A stretch of DNA of 64,000 bases from the IMG/VR virus record IMGVR_UViG_3300030329_003954, positions 27,107 through 91,106 of that record; one strand, given 5' to 3'. The notes beneath the pieces were generated by a model that saw only the letters and a program-made list of their open reading frames with translations, ran no database searches and was not told the DNA's origin. A program made the translations under genes and the position numbers. Shown here piece after piece: positions 30,035 through 40,357 of this stretch (positions are counted from its first letter, which is position 1; each line of letters begins with the position of its first letter). The stretch comes from a virus.

Positions 30035-30859
30035 ATGGCAAAAACACTAGCAGAACTTCGCGAGATGCACAAGAAGATTATGAACGACGACAAGCCACAA
30101 GGTGGTGGCGGTGGTCAGGGCGTATCTAACTGGGCTACGTTCCAGGAAGGCGATAACTTCGTCCGGTTCCTTCCCGGTAAGGATGACCCGTTGGAATTCT
30201 TTGTGGAAGGCGCTGTCCACAAATATCAAAACAGCGAGGGTCAATGGCGGAACTTTAAGTGTCGTAAGACTCAGGGTGAAAAGTGCCCTGTGTGCGACTT
30301 CTACTTTGACCTGTGGCGTCGTCACAAGGAACTGAACCTGGGTAAGGATGCGACTGGCAAGAACGTCAAGTCGAAGTTTGGTGACCTTGCAACTCAACTC
30401 AAGGCAAAGCCGAGATTTTACTCGATCGGTGTAGTGCGTGCTCTTGAGGAGGCTGATGAGGATCCAGTCAAGTACATCGCCATGAGCAAGCAATTGTTTG
30501 ATCGTGTGATGTCGGCCATGATTAACGAGGACTTCCAAGATGAGGATGATCCTGATAACAGCACGATCATTGATTTGGAGCGTGGTAACGACTTCAACAT
30601 CCGCATCACCAAGCAAGGTCAATGGCCTAGCTTCATCGAGTCTAATGCTAAGTACAAGAAGACTCGCGCTGGAACACCCGCTCAGGTTGCTGAGTGGATG
30701 GATAATGAATTGAACCTCCAATCTCTTGTTGAGATTGGTAGCTATGAGGAGGGCAGGGAACTTGTAATGAACCTTGAAGCCTCTCTCAACCCCGTTAAGA
30801 CCGAGACCACCTCGGACGCTCCACCTTGGAGTGATGACAAGGGAGATTTGCAAGTATGA
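30035..30859 (+). CDS. gp32: Single-stranded DNA-binding protein (gp32-like)
   Basis: VRFLP, H..C..CPVC, G.DF, acidic C-terminus. Confidence 0.85.
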   Translation: MAKTLAELREMHKKIMNDDKPQGGGGGQGVSNWATFQEGDNFVRFLPGKDDPLEFFVEGAVHKYQNSEGQWRNFKCRKTQGEKCPVCDFYFDLWRRHKELNLGKDATGKNVKSKFGDLATQLKAKPRFYSIGVVRALEEADEDPVKYIAMSKQLFDRVMSAMINEDFQDEDDPDNSTIIDLERGNDFNIRITKQGQWPSFIESNAKYKKTRAGTPAQVAEWMDNELNLQSLVEIGSYEEGRELVMNLEASLNPVKTETTSDAPPWSDDKGDLQV

Positions 30860-31413
30860 TGAATAAGAAATTTTGGTTGACAGGCTTTTTCGTTACAGTA
30901 TTTGGCCTTCTGTGTACTGGTTGTGCGTTAGCGGAGAGTCTCTTCTCTGATAAAGTGGTTACCACCATTGGAAACGTGCGTCCCGAAGCTCGCGCTGAAG
31001 CCGTTCCGGCTGATTTAGGTATGCTTCCTCCAGAGGTTGCAGGCAAGATGGCAGCTAAAGGTGAGACTTTAGTTCTCGTAGACAAGGCCCACGTTTTGGA
31101 CCCCACAGGGGATGTCGTGGATGTGATGGATCCTGGTTCGGAGGCTTTGGACTCTGCAATCAGCATGGCTCTTGGGGGTCTGAATACAGTCTTCCCGGGT
31201 GTTGCTGCTCTTGAGGGTCTTGGCCTTCTCTTCTCAAAGAGAAAGCGTAAACACTACGGTGCTGCTGTTAAGGCTGCTGTTCCTGGCAATGGCAAGATGG
31301 AGTTGAAAGATGCCGTGATGTCGCTTGGTAAGGCTATTGGTGCGGCTCACAGTTCGGATGGTTCGAAGAAGGTCTTCGAAGAAGAAGATAAGAAACCTAC
31401 GGCTTCAGCATAA
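30856..31413 (+). CDS. Putative lipoprotein
   Basis: Signal peptide ending LLCTGC; second hydrophobic segment. Confidence 0.6.
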   Translation: MMNKKFWLTGFFVTVFGLLCTGCALAESLFSDKVVTTIGNVRPEARAEAVPADLGMLPPEVAGKMAAKGETLVLVDKAHVLDPTGDVVDVMDPGSEALDSAISMALGGLNTVFPGVAALEGLGLLFSKRKRKHYGAAVKAAVPGNGKMELKDAVMSLGKAIGAAHSSDGSKKVFEEEDKKPTASA

Positions 31414-31438
31414 AAAAACAAAGGGCGAACCAATGTTT

Positions 31439-31473
31439 CTAACCCAGGTCCTTGGATCTGGGTTAGTTTTTTT
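31439..31473 (+). terminator. Rho-independent terminator
   Basis: CTAACCCAGGTCC-TT-GGATCTGGGTTAG then T run. Confidence 0.8.
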
Positions 31474-31498
31474 ATACTCATAGGACTATTATGTCCCT

Positions 31499-32662
31499 AT
31501 GCGTAAACTGAAGATACTAGTTGTATTCGCAAACCACGGAGGGTGTAGTTACTATAGGCAATTAAGTCCCATAGGAATGATGTCTCAGGAATTAAGTGAT
31601 AAGGTTGAAGTTAGATTCAACGACAACCCTTTAGAGGTGGACCCTGAAAAGAACTACGCTCCTCCAGCAGAGAAGCTCAATGACATGAATTGGGCTGACA
31701 TTGTCTTTGTCGCAAACATTCTAAAGTATGGAGGCCCCTATACCGCTCGTGTTGTTGGGATCGCTAAAGAATTAAAGAAGTTTGTTCACTTTGACACAGA
31801 TGACTTGCTGACCGATCTTTATGAAGAGCATCACTTATTTGAAACCTACAGAGACAACAAGCTTGGTGAAGTTACAAAGTATTGCTATTACAACGCTGAC
31901 CTAGTGACTGTTACGTCTGCTAAGTTTGCTAATAGAATTAGACCTTTCATAGGTAGATGTTTAGCTGTAGTTAAGAACAACCTAGATTACCAGCTACCTG
32001 CGTGGAACCACCCAAAAACCAAAGCGAAGTTTACAAGAATTGGTTACGCGGCAGGTATTCACCACCGGGGTGATGTTAAGGTCTTCAACGCCATCCCTCA
32101 CCTTGTCAATCAAAAGGTTGGCAAGGAAAATGTGCAATGGAATTTCTATGGCCACCCACCCCCAGACCCCAAGAAGCCTAAGGATAGTTGGGAGGCTAAG
32201 GTCTGGCCTGAGTACCTCTCACAGCTTCTGAGGGGCTTCAAGGGGCACAAAAACTATAACATCCACTACGCGCTACCTCCTGATGCTTACGGACGTTATT
32301 ACGCGGATATGGACGTTGCGATAGCACCCTTGCAGATGAACAACTTTAACGATTCTAAATCAGATATTAAGGTGGCTGAATGCTCTCGGTACAAGATTCC
32401 GCTGGTTGCCAGTAACGTTGGCTGCTATGAAGATACAATTATTAACGGTGAGACAGGCTATTTGATTGATCCTGATGCTCCTAAGAGTGAATGGATAAGG
32501 ATACTTACTAAACTTTGCAAGGATAAAAAGCATCGTATTGAATTGGGTAGAAACTTACATGAACGAACAAAGGATTTGTTTGATGGGCGAAAGTCGTGCC
32601 AGGGGAGGTATGACTTGTACATGCAAGCAATGCAGCAAGTGGGGTATAAATTAAATGATTAA
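31499..32662 (+). CDS. GT-B glycosyltransferase (phage GT4-like)
   Basis: GCSYYR, DTDD, IAPL..N.FN..KSDIK..E. Confidence 0.85.
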   Translation: MRKLKILVVFANHGGCSYYRQLSPIGMMSQELSDKVEVRFNDNPLEVDPEKNYAPPAEKLNDMNWADIVFVANILKYGGPYTARVVGIAKELKKFVHFDTDDLLTDLYEEHHLFETYRDNKLGEVTKYCYYNADLVTVTSAKFANRIRPFIGRCLAVVKNNLDYQLPAWNHPKTKAKFTRIGYAAGIHHRGDVKVFNAIPHLVNQKVGKENVQWNFYGHPPPDPKKPKDSWEAKVWPEYLSQLLRGFKGHKNYNIHYALPPDAYGRYYADMDVAIAPLQMNNFNDSKSDIKVAECSRYKIPLVASNVGCYEDTIINGETGYLIDPDAPKSEWIRILTKLCKDKKHRIELGRNLHERTKDLFDGRKSCQGRYDLYMQAMQQVGYKLND

Positions 32663-33422
32663 ATTTGTTAGTGGTTGGGGTGGTCCTGGCGGTTCCACCA
32701 TCGCTTTTAATAGTCTTGTAAACGCTCTTAATGCGAAGGGTATCAAGTCTTGTTTTTACACTCCGCATAAGTGGGAGGGTATAACCTGTGAATGGAAGCA
32801 TCATGATGAGGTGTCTCCTTTAAAAGAAGATGTGTTTGTATACCACTACATGCGTGTGACTGACAAGTTGCCTGTTAAGAAACAGATACTATCTTGCCAT
32901 GAGACAGAGATCTTCCCGATCAAAGAGATGAATGACTTGGTGTTTGATGACGTTCACTTTGTCTCTAACTTTCAAAGAGATTGGCACGGTATCGATGGGC
33001 ATGTTATCCCGAACATTGTTCAAAAATACACGCCCAAAGATAATAAATTTAAAGTGGCTGGTATTATTGGTAGCGTAGATGAGAACAAAAGAACTCACGA
33101 ATCTATCGAGAGAGCCCTAAAGCATGGGCACGACGATGTTAGAATTTATGGAGCGGTTACCTCTCCTGAATATTTTAACGATAAGGTGTTGCCTTTGCTT
33201 GGTAACAAAGTCTCCTACAGAGGCGTCTCCACGGACATGCAGTCAGTGTATGATGTATTAACTGATGTCTTCCACTCTCCAAAGCTTGAGACCTTTAACT
33301 TAATCAAGCCTGAGTGTAAGAGTGCAGGAGTGAAATACCACGGCAACGAGGGTAATGACACCCAGGCTGAGTACTGGGAAGACGATAAGGTTCTTGAAGC
33401 ATGGATCGACTTATTGAACTAA
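32655..33422 (+). CDS. Glycosyltransferase (GT4-like)
   Basis: GGS, FVS..Q, IPN, ETFNL. Confidence 0.7.
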   Translation: MIKFVSGWGGPGGSTIAFNSLVNALNAKGIKSCFYTPHKWEGITCEWKHHDEVSPLKEDVFVYHYMRVTDKLPVKKQILSCHETEIFPIKEMNDLVFDDVHFVSNFQRDWHGIDGHVIPNIVQKYTPKDNKFKVAGIIGSVDENKRTHESIERALKHGHDDVRIYGAVTSPEYFNDKVLPLLGNKVSYRGVSTDMQSVYDVLTDVFHSPKLETFNLIKPECKSAGVKYHGNEGNDTQAEYWEDDKVLEAWIDLLN

Positions 33423-34015
33423 CTAAAACTAAGAACTACGTCATCAATGTAGACTCATCAAAGGAGTCCATGGCAGAGTGTAAAAATGTCTTGGACCAGC
33501 TTGGTGTGCCTTTTGAGAGATCATCTGCTAACACTACGTCTTCACCATCAAATCCCTACGGTAATCACTTTGTGGGTTGTGGCTTGTCTCACTTGCATCT
33601 TCTGAAAAACATGAAGCCGGGGACTGTAGTGTTTGAGGATGATATTGTGCCAACAGACGCTTTCAAGTTAAAGTTTTCAGTGCCTGAATATACTGACGCT
33701 GTCTATTTAGGGGTGTCTAATCATGGCACAATTAGGAATAATAATTTTGGATATCCTGGTATCGTGATGGCTACTCAAGAGACACCAGAATTTAAAAGAG
33801 TGTATAACATGTGCGGAACTCATGCCATGTTGTTCTTGAGTCAGAGATACATCGACGCTGCTGCTGAAGTTATTGAATCTTATCTTAATGACTTCATTCC
33901 TTGCGATGTGGCGTTAGCTTCCATACACAAGGACTTCAAGGTTCTAACGCCAAATAGCCCTTACTTCTACCAAAAAGATCAACCAGATCTTACTAACTTC
34001 ACATTGAAAGTATGA
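33401..34015 (+). CDS. GT25-like glycosyltransferase
   Basis: YVIN, GCGLSH, FEDD, THAM. Confidence 0.8.
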   Translation: MDRLIELTKTKNYVINVDSSKESMAECKNVLDQLGVPFERSSANTTSSPSNPYGNHFVGCGLSHLHLLKNMKPGTVVFEDDIVPTDAFKLKFSVPEYTDAVYLGVSNHGTIRNNNFGYPGIVMATQETPEFKRVYNMCGTHAMLFLSQRYIDAAAEVIESYLNDFIPCDVALASIHKDFKVLTPNSPYFYQKDQPDLTNFTLKV

Positions 34016-34797
34016 GTAATATAATCACTTCAGATGTTATTGGGCCATCACCTGGATGTGCAGGTATTGGCAATCAGCTATTTCAAATAGCCTCAGTTCT
34101 AAGTTACTCAAAAGACAATGGACACAAGGCAATCTTCCCAATCATAAAGAGTCCAAACCATGGGGGCTACTTCAATAACTTCTTAAGGAGATTATGCACC
34201 GACGAGTCCGAGGGTCATGCCTTCGTATTCACCGAGTCTTCATTTGAGTTCGAACCTATTCCAGTGGTTAATAACTCAGTTTTTATTAAGAATAGTTACC
34301 TTCAAAGTCATCGCTACTTTCAACACAATAGAGACCACATTCTAAAAATGTTTGAGATGACCGATGAGGATTTAAACTATCTGAAGAGCAAGTATAAGGT
34401 AGATGAGTTTACGACTGGAATGCACATCCGCAGAGGAGATTACCTAGAGCTTCCTTATTCAAACTATCATGCTGATCTGACGAGCACAGACTACTATGAG
34501 AGAGCCTTAGACTTGCTCAAGCCATCCAACCTACTCATCTTCACTAACGATAAGGAGTGGGCAAGAGAGAGGTACCCAGGCCATGTAATAGCTGATGAGG
34601 ATAAGGATTATATGGAGATTTACCTCATGTCCTTGTGTCAGAACAATATAATTGCTAACTCTAGCTTCTCTTGGTGGGGAGCTTGGTTAAACAATAATCA
34701 AGGTAGGAAGATTGTTGCTCCCACCAAATGGTTCGGGCCTTTAAACGCTCATTTATCAACAAAGGATATGCATCCGAAGGATTGGATTTTAATATGA
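34012..34797 (+). CDS. GT11 alpha-1,2-fucosyltransferase-like
   Basis: GIGNQLFQ, HIRRGDY, IIANSSFSWWGAWL. Confidence 0.92.
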   Translation: MSNIITSDVIGPSPGCAGIGNQLFQIASVLSYSKDNGHKAIFPIIKSPNHGGYFNNFLRRLCTDESEGHAFVFTESSFEFEPIPVVNNSVFIKNSYLQSHRYFQHNRDHILKMFEMTDEDLNYLKSKYKVDEFTTGMHIRRGDYLELPYSNYHADLTSTDYYERALDLLKPSNLLIFTNDKEWARERYPGHVIADEDKDYMEIYLMSLCQNNIIANSSFSWWGAWLNNNQGRKIVAPTKWFGPLNAHLSTKDMHPKDWILI

Positions 34798-35492
34798 AAA
34801 TAGCTTTCGTAATTGTAGCGACCAATGACTATGTGAAGTTTGTTAACCCCCTGTTAGACTCTATTCACAAGTACTTTCTAAAGAATCACGATAGAGATTT
34901 CTTCGTGTTCACGGATAACGTGAATCATCCTTTGAATCACGATGCTGTCGCATTAAAGATTGAGCCGAGGGGTTGGCCTGGAGATTCCTACTATCGTTAT
35001 CACTACTTCCTAACAATAAAGGATAAGCTAAAGGACTACGATTACATTTACTATTTAGATGCAGATATGCTTGTCGTTGATCATGTTGGCGAAGAAGTCC
35101 TTACTGATCTTTTAGGAGTTCAGCATCCCGGCTTTATAGTTAACAAGCAAGGTACACCAGAGGATGTACAGACAGAATCCACAGCCTATCTTAAGAAGGA
35201 AGAGGTGTCACAATACTGTTGTGGAGGCTTCCAAGGAGGTTCCGCTGACGAGTATCTTAAGCTTTGTGAAGTGGTGTCAAAAAATATTGACAAGGATGAC
35301 TCTAAGGGCATATTAGCAATATACCATGATGAATCACATGTTAATAGGTATTTCGCGGATAATCCTCCAACGAAAATCTTAGATGCAGGTTATTGTGCTC
35401 CTGAATCAGCTTGGTCGATACCATTCCCCAGCATGATATTAGCGTTGGATGTTTCTGTAGATCAGATATTAAAGAAGGATTCCCGTGGATAA
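34794..35492 (+). CDS. GT6 family glycosyltransferase
   Basis: VFTD, DAD, HPG, CGGFQGG, HDESHVNRY. Confidence 0.88.
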   Translation: MKIAFVIVATNDYVKFVNPLLDSIHKYFLKNHDRDFFVFTDNVNHPLNHDAVALKIEPRGWPGDSYYRYHYFLTIKDKLKDYDYIYYLDADMLVVDHVGEEVLTDLLGVQHPGFIVNKQGTPEDVQTESTAYLKKEEVSQYCCGGFQGGSADEYLKLCEVVSKNIDKDDSKGILAIYHDESHVNRYFADNPPTKILDAGYCAPESAWSIPFPSMILALDVSVDQILKKDSRG

Positions 35493-36126
35493 TTATCTAA
35501 AAGGAAAGAGAGTAGCCTTGGTTGGCCCTGCTAAATCGATTGAAGGGAGCAACAATGGTGCTTACATAGATTCTCATGATGTGGTCGTTAGATTGAATCA
35601 TGCTAAAATTGGTAATCCGTTAGACTCAGGAACCAGAACAGACATCATCTATTATGATGGTTCCTACCATGATTATGGAGATACAAAGCTTAAATATCTC
35701 GTTTGCTCTTATCCTCCTTCGGAATGGTTCTTCAATGAACGATGTCTGGAAACTTGCCATGTGTATGGTTACACTTATTTAAACAAGCACGAGATAATAG
35801 ATTCGGATCTGTATTCTAATATTAAAACAAGCTTGAATGAAAACAATAAGAGCAGACCTAATACTGGCCTAATTGCCATGGTGGATTTGCTGAACTATGA
35901 TATCGATAGCTTATTTATCACTGGATTGGACTTCTACCGCACCAGTTACGCTAAAGAGCATCCTGATTACGGGGATACCGATTTGGAGAGAATAAGCGAA
36001 ATATTCAAAATTGGAGACAATGGGGACTATCATGATATCGAAGGTCAATTTCAATACTTTTTAAACAACGTAGCGACTGACAAACGTTTGAAGGTGGATG
36101 ACTTTCTTAGCGATTATTTACCGTAA
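35485..36126 (+). CDS. GT29 sialyltransferase-like
   Basis: VALVGP...IDSHDVVVRLN...GTRTD; PNTG; GLDFY; H...Q. Confidence 0.8.
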   Translation: MDNYLKGKRVALVGPAKSIEGSNNGAYIDSHDVVVRLNHAKIGNPLDSGTRTDIIYYDGSYHDYGDTKLKYLVCSYPPSEWFFNERCLETCHVYGYTYLNKHEIIDSDLYSNIKTSLNENNKSRPNTGLIAMVDLLNYDIDSLFITGLDFYRTSYAKEHPDYGDTDLERISEIFKIGDNGDYHDIEGQFQYFLNNVATDKRLKVDDFLSDYLP

Positions 36127-36128
36127 AC

Positions 36129-37118
36129 ATGTTAGACATTGAACACTTTGATCACAAGTTTAGAACTATAATATCAACTCCTGAGTTTGACGAGTTGAAG
36201 AAGTTATACAGTGAGGCAACCCATGTTTTTTACTTTGGACACGGTGGCAACATGTCAATCGCGGAGCACGCTGCAATTGACGCTTCACGCCTGACGGATA
36301 AAAATATCGTGGCACCTGCGGGTGGAGTTTTATGCACCTCAATTCAGAGCGATACTAATTTTAATGATTGGTTGATGCACTGGTTGGATATGCGTACTCG
36401 TGGTTTAGATAAGAGTAAATGCCTTGCAATAGGTATGTCTTGCTCAACCAGCGGCAAGTCCTCAGACTGTTTAGCTACTGCCTTAAACTGGGCATCTAAT
36501 AACGGTATAAAATCTTGCTTGTGGGCGGCTCAACCGAAAGAAAAAGACATCAATTCAGATGTTCTTCAAATTATACAGAACGTGAAGTATTATCATACTT
36601 CTGAGTTAATGTCATTAGCACTAACTTACGAGCTTATTCACGGTGCGGGACATACGTGCCCCAGCATATCCAAGAAAGCTAAAAGCAGACGTTTTGATTG
36701 CTTAGGTATTAAATCAGAAGTTGAAGAGGGTACATTATACAATCAGCAGGTGCCCCCAGGTCTTGAAGAAGAACTTGATACATTGGCCATCGACTTTGAT
36801 GGAGTCATTCATACCTTTGATAAAGGGTGGCATGATGGCACTTGCTACGGTGATCCAATAGAGGGCTCGTTAGAAGCTATTAAGGAGCTAGCTAAAGATT
36901 GGAGGATAGTGATATTCTCAGCAAAAGTAAAGCCAGACCGCCCCCTAGTAAACGGTAAATCTGGTTATGAACTTGTGGATGAGTGGTTACGTGATCATGG
37001 TATTCGAGATCTTATTGATGAGATAACTTTTGAAAAGCCGCGAGCCGATTATTACATTGACGATAAGGCCATAGAATTCAAGGGAGATTGGTCTGATGTA
37101 ATTAGGAGATTAGCATAA
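36129..37118 (+). CDS. SIS sugar isomerase fused to HAD phosphatase
   Basis: FGHGGNMSIAEH, S.SGKS; C-terminal IDFDGV...KP..YIDD. Confidence 0.75.
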   Translation: MLDIEHFDHKFRTIISTPEFDELKKLYSEATHVFYFGHGGNMSIAEHAAIDASRLTDKNIVAPAGGVLCTSIQSDTNFNDWLMHWLDMRTRGLDKSKCLAIGMSCSTSGKSSDCLATALNWASNNGIKSCLWAAQPKEKDINSDVLQIIQNVKYYHTSELMSLALTYELIHGAGHTCPSISKKAKSRRFDCLGIKSEVEEGTLYNQQVPPGLEEELDTLAIDFDGVIHTFDKGWHDGTCYGDPIEGSLEAIKELAKDWRIVIFSAKVKPDRPLVNGKSGYELVDEWLRDHGIRDLIDEITFEKPRADYYIDDKAIEFKGDWSDVIRRLA

Positions 37119-37771
37119 TGAAAAAGGTAACTGCCATAGTTCCTGTAAGAAAAGGATCTCAACGAGTTAAGAATAAAAACATAAAGCCTTTTGGAGGTTC
37201 TTCCCTCTTAGAAATTAAGCTTGATAAGTTACTGAAACTTAAGTCTAGGTTACAGGACATCGTGGTGACCTCAGATTGTCCTGAAATGTTGCAAAAAGCT
37301 AAAGACATGGGGGTGACCACCCATGAAAGAGACCCTTATTTTGCTGGATCTCAAGCGAGTAATTCAGAGTTTTTTGATAATTTGAGCACGATTACTGATT
37401 GCGAAAATATCATGTATAGTCCTGTTACTTGCCCCTTCATCTCTCTGGAAACCTATGAGGAGTGCCTAAAGGAATTTGAGAGATCAGAAAGTGTGGTTAC
37501 CGTCAAGCCAGTAAAACATCACTTGTGGTTGAACGGTAAGCCCCTTAATTATAATTTAACTAATTCACCAAATAGCCAAGATCTGCCAGATATTTACCAG
37601 ATCACATATGGTGTTTGCTTACTAAGCAGAAAACAGATGAAAACTCATAGGAATGTTGTCACTAAGAATCCAACATTTAAAGTTTTAAATGAGATAGAGT
37701 CAATGGATATTGATACCGAGTTTGATTTCATGATGGCAGAGACTCTTTATGATAAGGTGAGAGGGCACTAA
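37118..37771 (+). CDS. Acylneuraminate/KDO-type cytidylyltransferase
   Basis: IVPVRKGSQRVKNKN, TCPF, DIDT..DF. Confidence 0.88.
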   Translation: MKKVTAIVPVRKGSQRVKNKNIKPFGGSSLLEIKLDKLLKLKSRLQDIVVTSDCPEMLQKAKDMGVTTHERDPYFAGSQASNSEFFDNLSTITDCENIMYSPVTCPFISLETYEECLKEFERSESVVTVKPVKHHLWLNGKPLNYNLTNSPNSQDLPDIYQITYGVCLLSRKQMKTHRNVVTKNPTFKVLNEIESMDIDTEFDFMMAETLYDKVRGH

Positions 37772-37772
37772 G

Positions 37773-38213
37773 TTGAAAAGAATTCACGAGGGCGAGCGAT
37801 CTCAGAGCTTGTACCTACCCCCAGGGTATGGAGTTAGATCGGCAGAAATAAGAACAGTGAAGCTTGAGAATATAGTAGATCAGATCTGGGGGTCTCAGGT
37901 TGCTATAAGCATTAAAGAAACTCCTCACTTCAAATACCTTACTGAGGATAAGCAGCCACTGAGAGAATACTTTGAATCGTGTAGAGGACACACATGGGCA
38001 AGGAAGGGAACTCCTAATGAGAACATGACTGTCGAAGAACTTCTTGAAGAATTTGAAGATGTCATAAACTCTGATAAAGATTACTTGGAGCCACCATATG
38101 AGAGCTATTATATCATCGTGAGAGATAATTGGCACTGTGTAGATGGCTTAAGAAGAGCTTGCACCTTGTTAGCAAACGGAGTGGAGGAAGCACCAGTTGC
38201 TTGGGTTAGTTGA
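37773..38213 (+). CDS. ParB/Srx-like domain protein
   Basis: VDGLRRA motif. Confidence 0.5.
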   Translation: MKRIHEGERSQSLYLPPGYGVRSAEIRTVKLENIVDQIWGSQVAISIKETPHFKYLTEDKQPLREYFESCRGHTWARKGTPNENMTVEELLEEFEDVINSDKDYLEPPYESYYIIVRDNWHCVDGLRRACTLLANGVEEAPVAWVS

Positions 38214-38214
38214 T

Positions 38215-38769
38215 ATGAGTGATATAAAATTACACTTGGGCTGTGGGCCTCGTCACTTAGAGGGATTTATTCACATTGATAAGGACACTCTGCCGCACAT
38301 AGATCATCCAAATACAGACTTGGGCGATTTGTCCATGTTTAAGGATAACTCCGTGGACATGATTTACACTTGCGGGTCCTTCGAATATTATGACAGGCAA
38401 GAGGCTGTAATCATTTTAAAAGAATGGTTGAGAGTGCTGAGAAAGGGAGGTGTGCTTAAAGTATCAGTTCCTAATTTTAAATCCGTTGTTAAGGCTTATC
38501 AAGAACATGGAGACGTTGACGGCATCGGAATTCTTGGACCCTTGTATGGTAAGTGGAAACTCAACAGTGAAGAGCACCTTTACCATAGAACAATTTACGA
38601 TAACGATTCCTTAACGAAGCTTCTCTTTGAACAAGGATTTACTGAGGTGCAGGAGTATGACGCGCATGAGTTCTTGCCAGAAAACTACGATGACTTCTCA
38701 TTAGCTTACGTGCCTCATATGGACAAGACTGGTATTCAGATGCACTTAAATCTGGAATGTAAAAAATGA
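38215..38769 (+). CDS. SAM-dependent methyltransferase
   Basis: LHLGCG, EWLRVL..GG.L...VPN. Confidence 0.85.
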   Translation: MSDIKLHLGCGPRHLEGFIHIDKDTLPHIDHPNTDLGDLSMFKDNSVDMIYTCGSFEYYDRQEAVIILKEWLRVLRKGGVLKVSVPNFKSVVKAYQEHGDVDGIGILGPLYGKWKLNSEEHLYHRTIYDNDSLTKLLFEQGFTEVQEYDAHEFLPENYDDFSLAYVPHMDKTGIQMHLNLECKK

Positions 38770-39941
38770 AAACCATAATTAAATTAGGGATGCATCCCTT
38801 TGCAGACACCTTTATTTCTGAGGATCAGTATCACTTATCAGAGCCCACCTACCCGTTGGAGTGTGGCTTAAATAAGGAGACTGGTGAGATACGTCTGAAG
38901 TTTGAAACAAAGGATGATGATAGGTACAACCTTTACAATTATTCTTACACATCTTCAAACTCAAAAGTGTCGCGCAAGCATTGGGAGGATTACGCTCATG
39001 ACGTGAGCGACCTATTGCCTGCTGGCTCTAAAATTCTTGAAGTAGGGTCTAATGATGGCTTCCTAACTAAGCAGTTCATAGATAAAGGCTATCAAGCGGA
39101 GGGTGTTGATCCGTCCAAGTCGATGGCGAATATTGCTAGCCAGAACGGAGTGAAGACACATAATGTTCTTTTTGGTCTAGATTCTCTTGATCAGTTGAGG
39201 AGCGACTTTGGTATTGCAGACGTTGTCATTGCAAATAATGTCTTCAATCATGCCAATGACACTTCAGCTTTTACAAAAGCTGTTTCCGAAATCCTTAGTG
39301 ACGACGGAGTCTTTATCTTTGAATTGCCTTACTGGCTCTACACTATTCAAGATAAGAAGTTTGATCAAGTTTATCACGAGCATGTTACTTACTTTACGGT
39401 TAAGTATGCTTTCAATTTATTGAAAGAACATGGTTTGGAAATATTCAAAGTTCAAATAGTTGATTATCATGGAGGTTCAATCAGAGTTTTCTCTCGAAAG
39501 AAAGACAATGTTCAAATGATTAAGCAGGTTGAGAACTTAATAATTGAAGAGGAGGACTTTGGACTCTTTAAAGAAGAAACCTATCAAAATTTCATGAATG
39601 AAATTACAAAGGATAGGAATAAAGTTATGTCCAAGCTGTATGAGATTAAAAACGAAGGATACCCTATCATAGGAATCGGAGCAGCCGCTAAGACAAATAC
39701 ATTCTTAAACTTCTACAACATAGATAACACACTGCTGGATTGTATCACGGACGCTTCTGAGCACAAGAAAGGTAAGTATACACCTCTTACCAGAATACCT
39801 ATCGTGGGCGACGAAGCTCTCTCTAGTTACGGTAAGTTTTATGCTTTGATACTGTCCTGGAATATCTCATCAATGTTGAAGGAAAAGATTGAGCAGATAA
39901 ACAGTAACGTAGAGTTTTTGTGCTTGGAGGAATTATCATGA
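38766..39941 (+). CDS. NDP-hexose C-methyltransferase-like
   Basis: LEVGSNDG, NVFNH, YHEH, HGGSIR, GAAAK, LSWN. Confidence 0.85.
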   Translation: MKTIIKLGMHPFADTFISEDQYHLSEPTYPLECGLNKETGEIRLKFETKDDDRYNLYNYSYTSSNSKVSRKHWEDYAHDVSDLLPAGSKILEVGSNDGFLTKQFIDKGYQAEGVDPSKSMANIASQNGVKTHNVLFGLDSLDQLRSDFGIADVVIANNVFNHANDTSAFTKAVSEILSDDGVFIFELPYWLYTIQDKKFDQVYHEHVTYFTVKYAFNLLKEHGLEIFKVQIVDYHGGSIRVFSRKKDNVQMIKQVENLIIEEEDFGLFKEETYQNFMNEITKDRNKVMSKLYEIKNEGYPIIGIGAAAKTNTFLNFYNIDNTLLDCITDASEHKKGKYTPLTRIPIVGDEALSSYGKFYALILSWNISSMLKEKIEQINSNVEFLCLEELS

Positions 39942-40357
39942 ATATAAAAAACGTTTGGCGTGACGTTGAGGCCCCGTTAGAATTATTTGAAGATGCTAGA
40001 GGTAGCATATCAGATATCTTCTATAAGAAGAATATAGATCATGTCGCTATAATTAACTCAGAGCCAAATGTAATGAGGGGTAATCACTACCACAAGGTAA
40101 GCACTCAGCACATGCTCATAACTAAAGGATCATTAGAATACTGGTATAAGCCTCTCGATTCAGAAGATGAGCCTAAGATGGTTGTAGCTAAGGTTGGCGA
40201 TCTTGTCTCTACTCCTCCTTTTGAGGTACACACTTTGATAGTGAGAGAAGATGGGAATGAGTTTGTCGTCTTTAGCGAGGGAGTTCGTGGTGGCTGTGAC
40301 TACGAGTCCGACACGTTCAGAGTTGATTGTATAGTTCCTGAGGAGAAATTAGTGTGA
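39938..40357 (+). CDS. Cupin, sugar isomerase/epimerase-like
   Basis: DARG, RGNHYH, P...H. Confidence 0.7.
   Translation: MNIKNVWRDVEAPLELFEDARGSISDIFYKKNIDHVAIINSEPNVMRGNHYHKVSTQHMLITKGSLEYWYKPLDSEDEPKMVVAKVGDLVSTPPFEVHTLIVREDGNEFVVFSEGVRGGCDYESDTFRVDCIVPEEKLV

Noticed and set aside
30047-30853. Long antisense ORFs opposite gp32, capsid, sheath and DUF932 genes
   Set aside because: Shadow frames from codon bias
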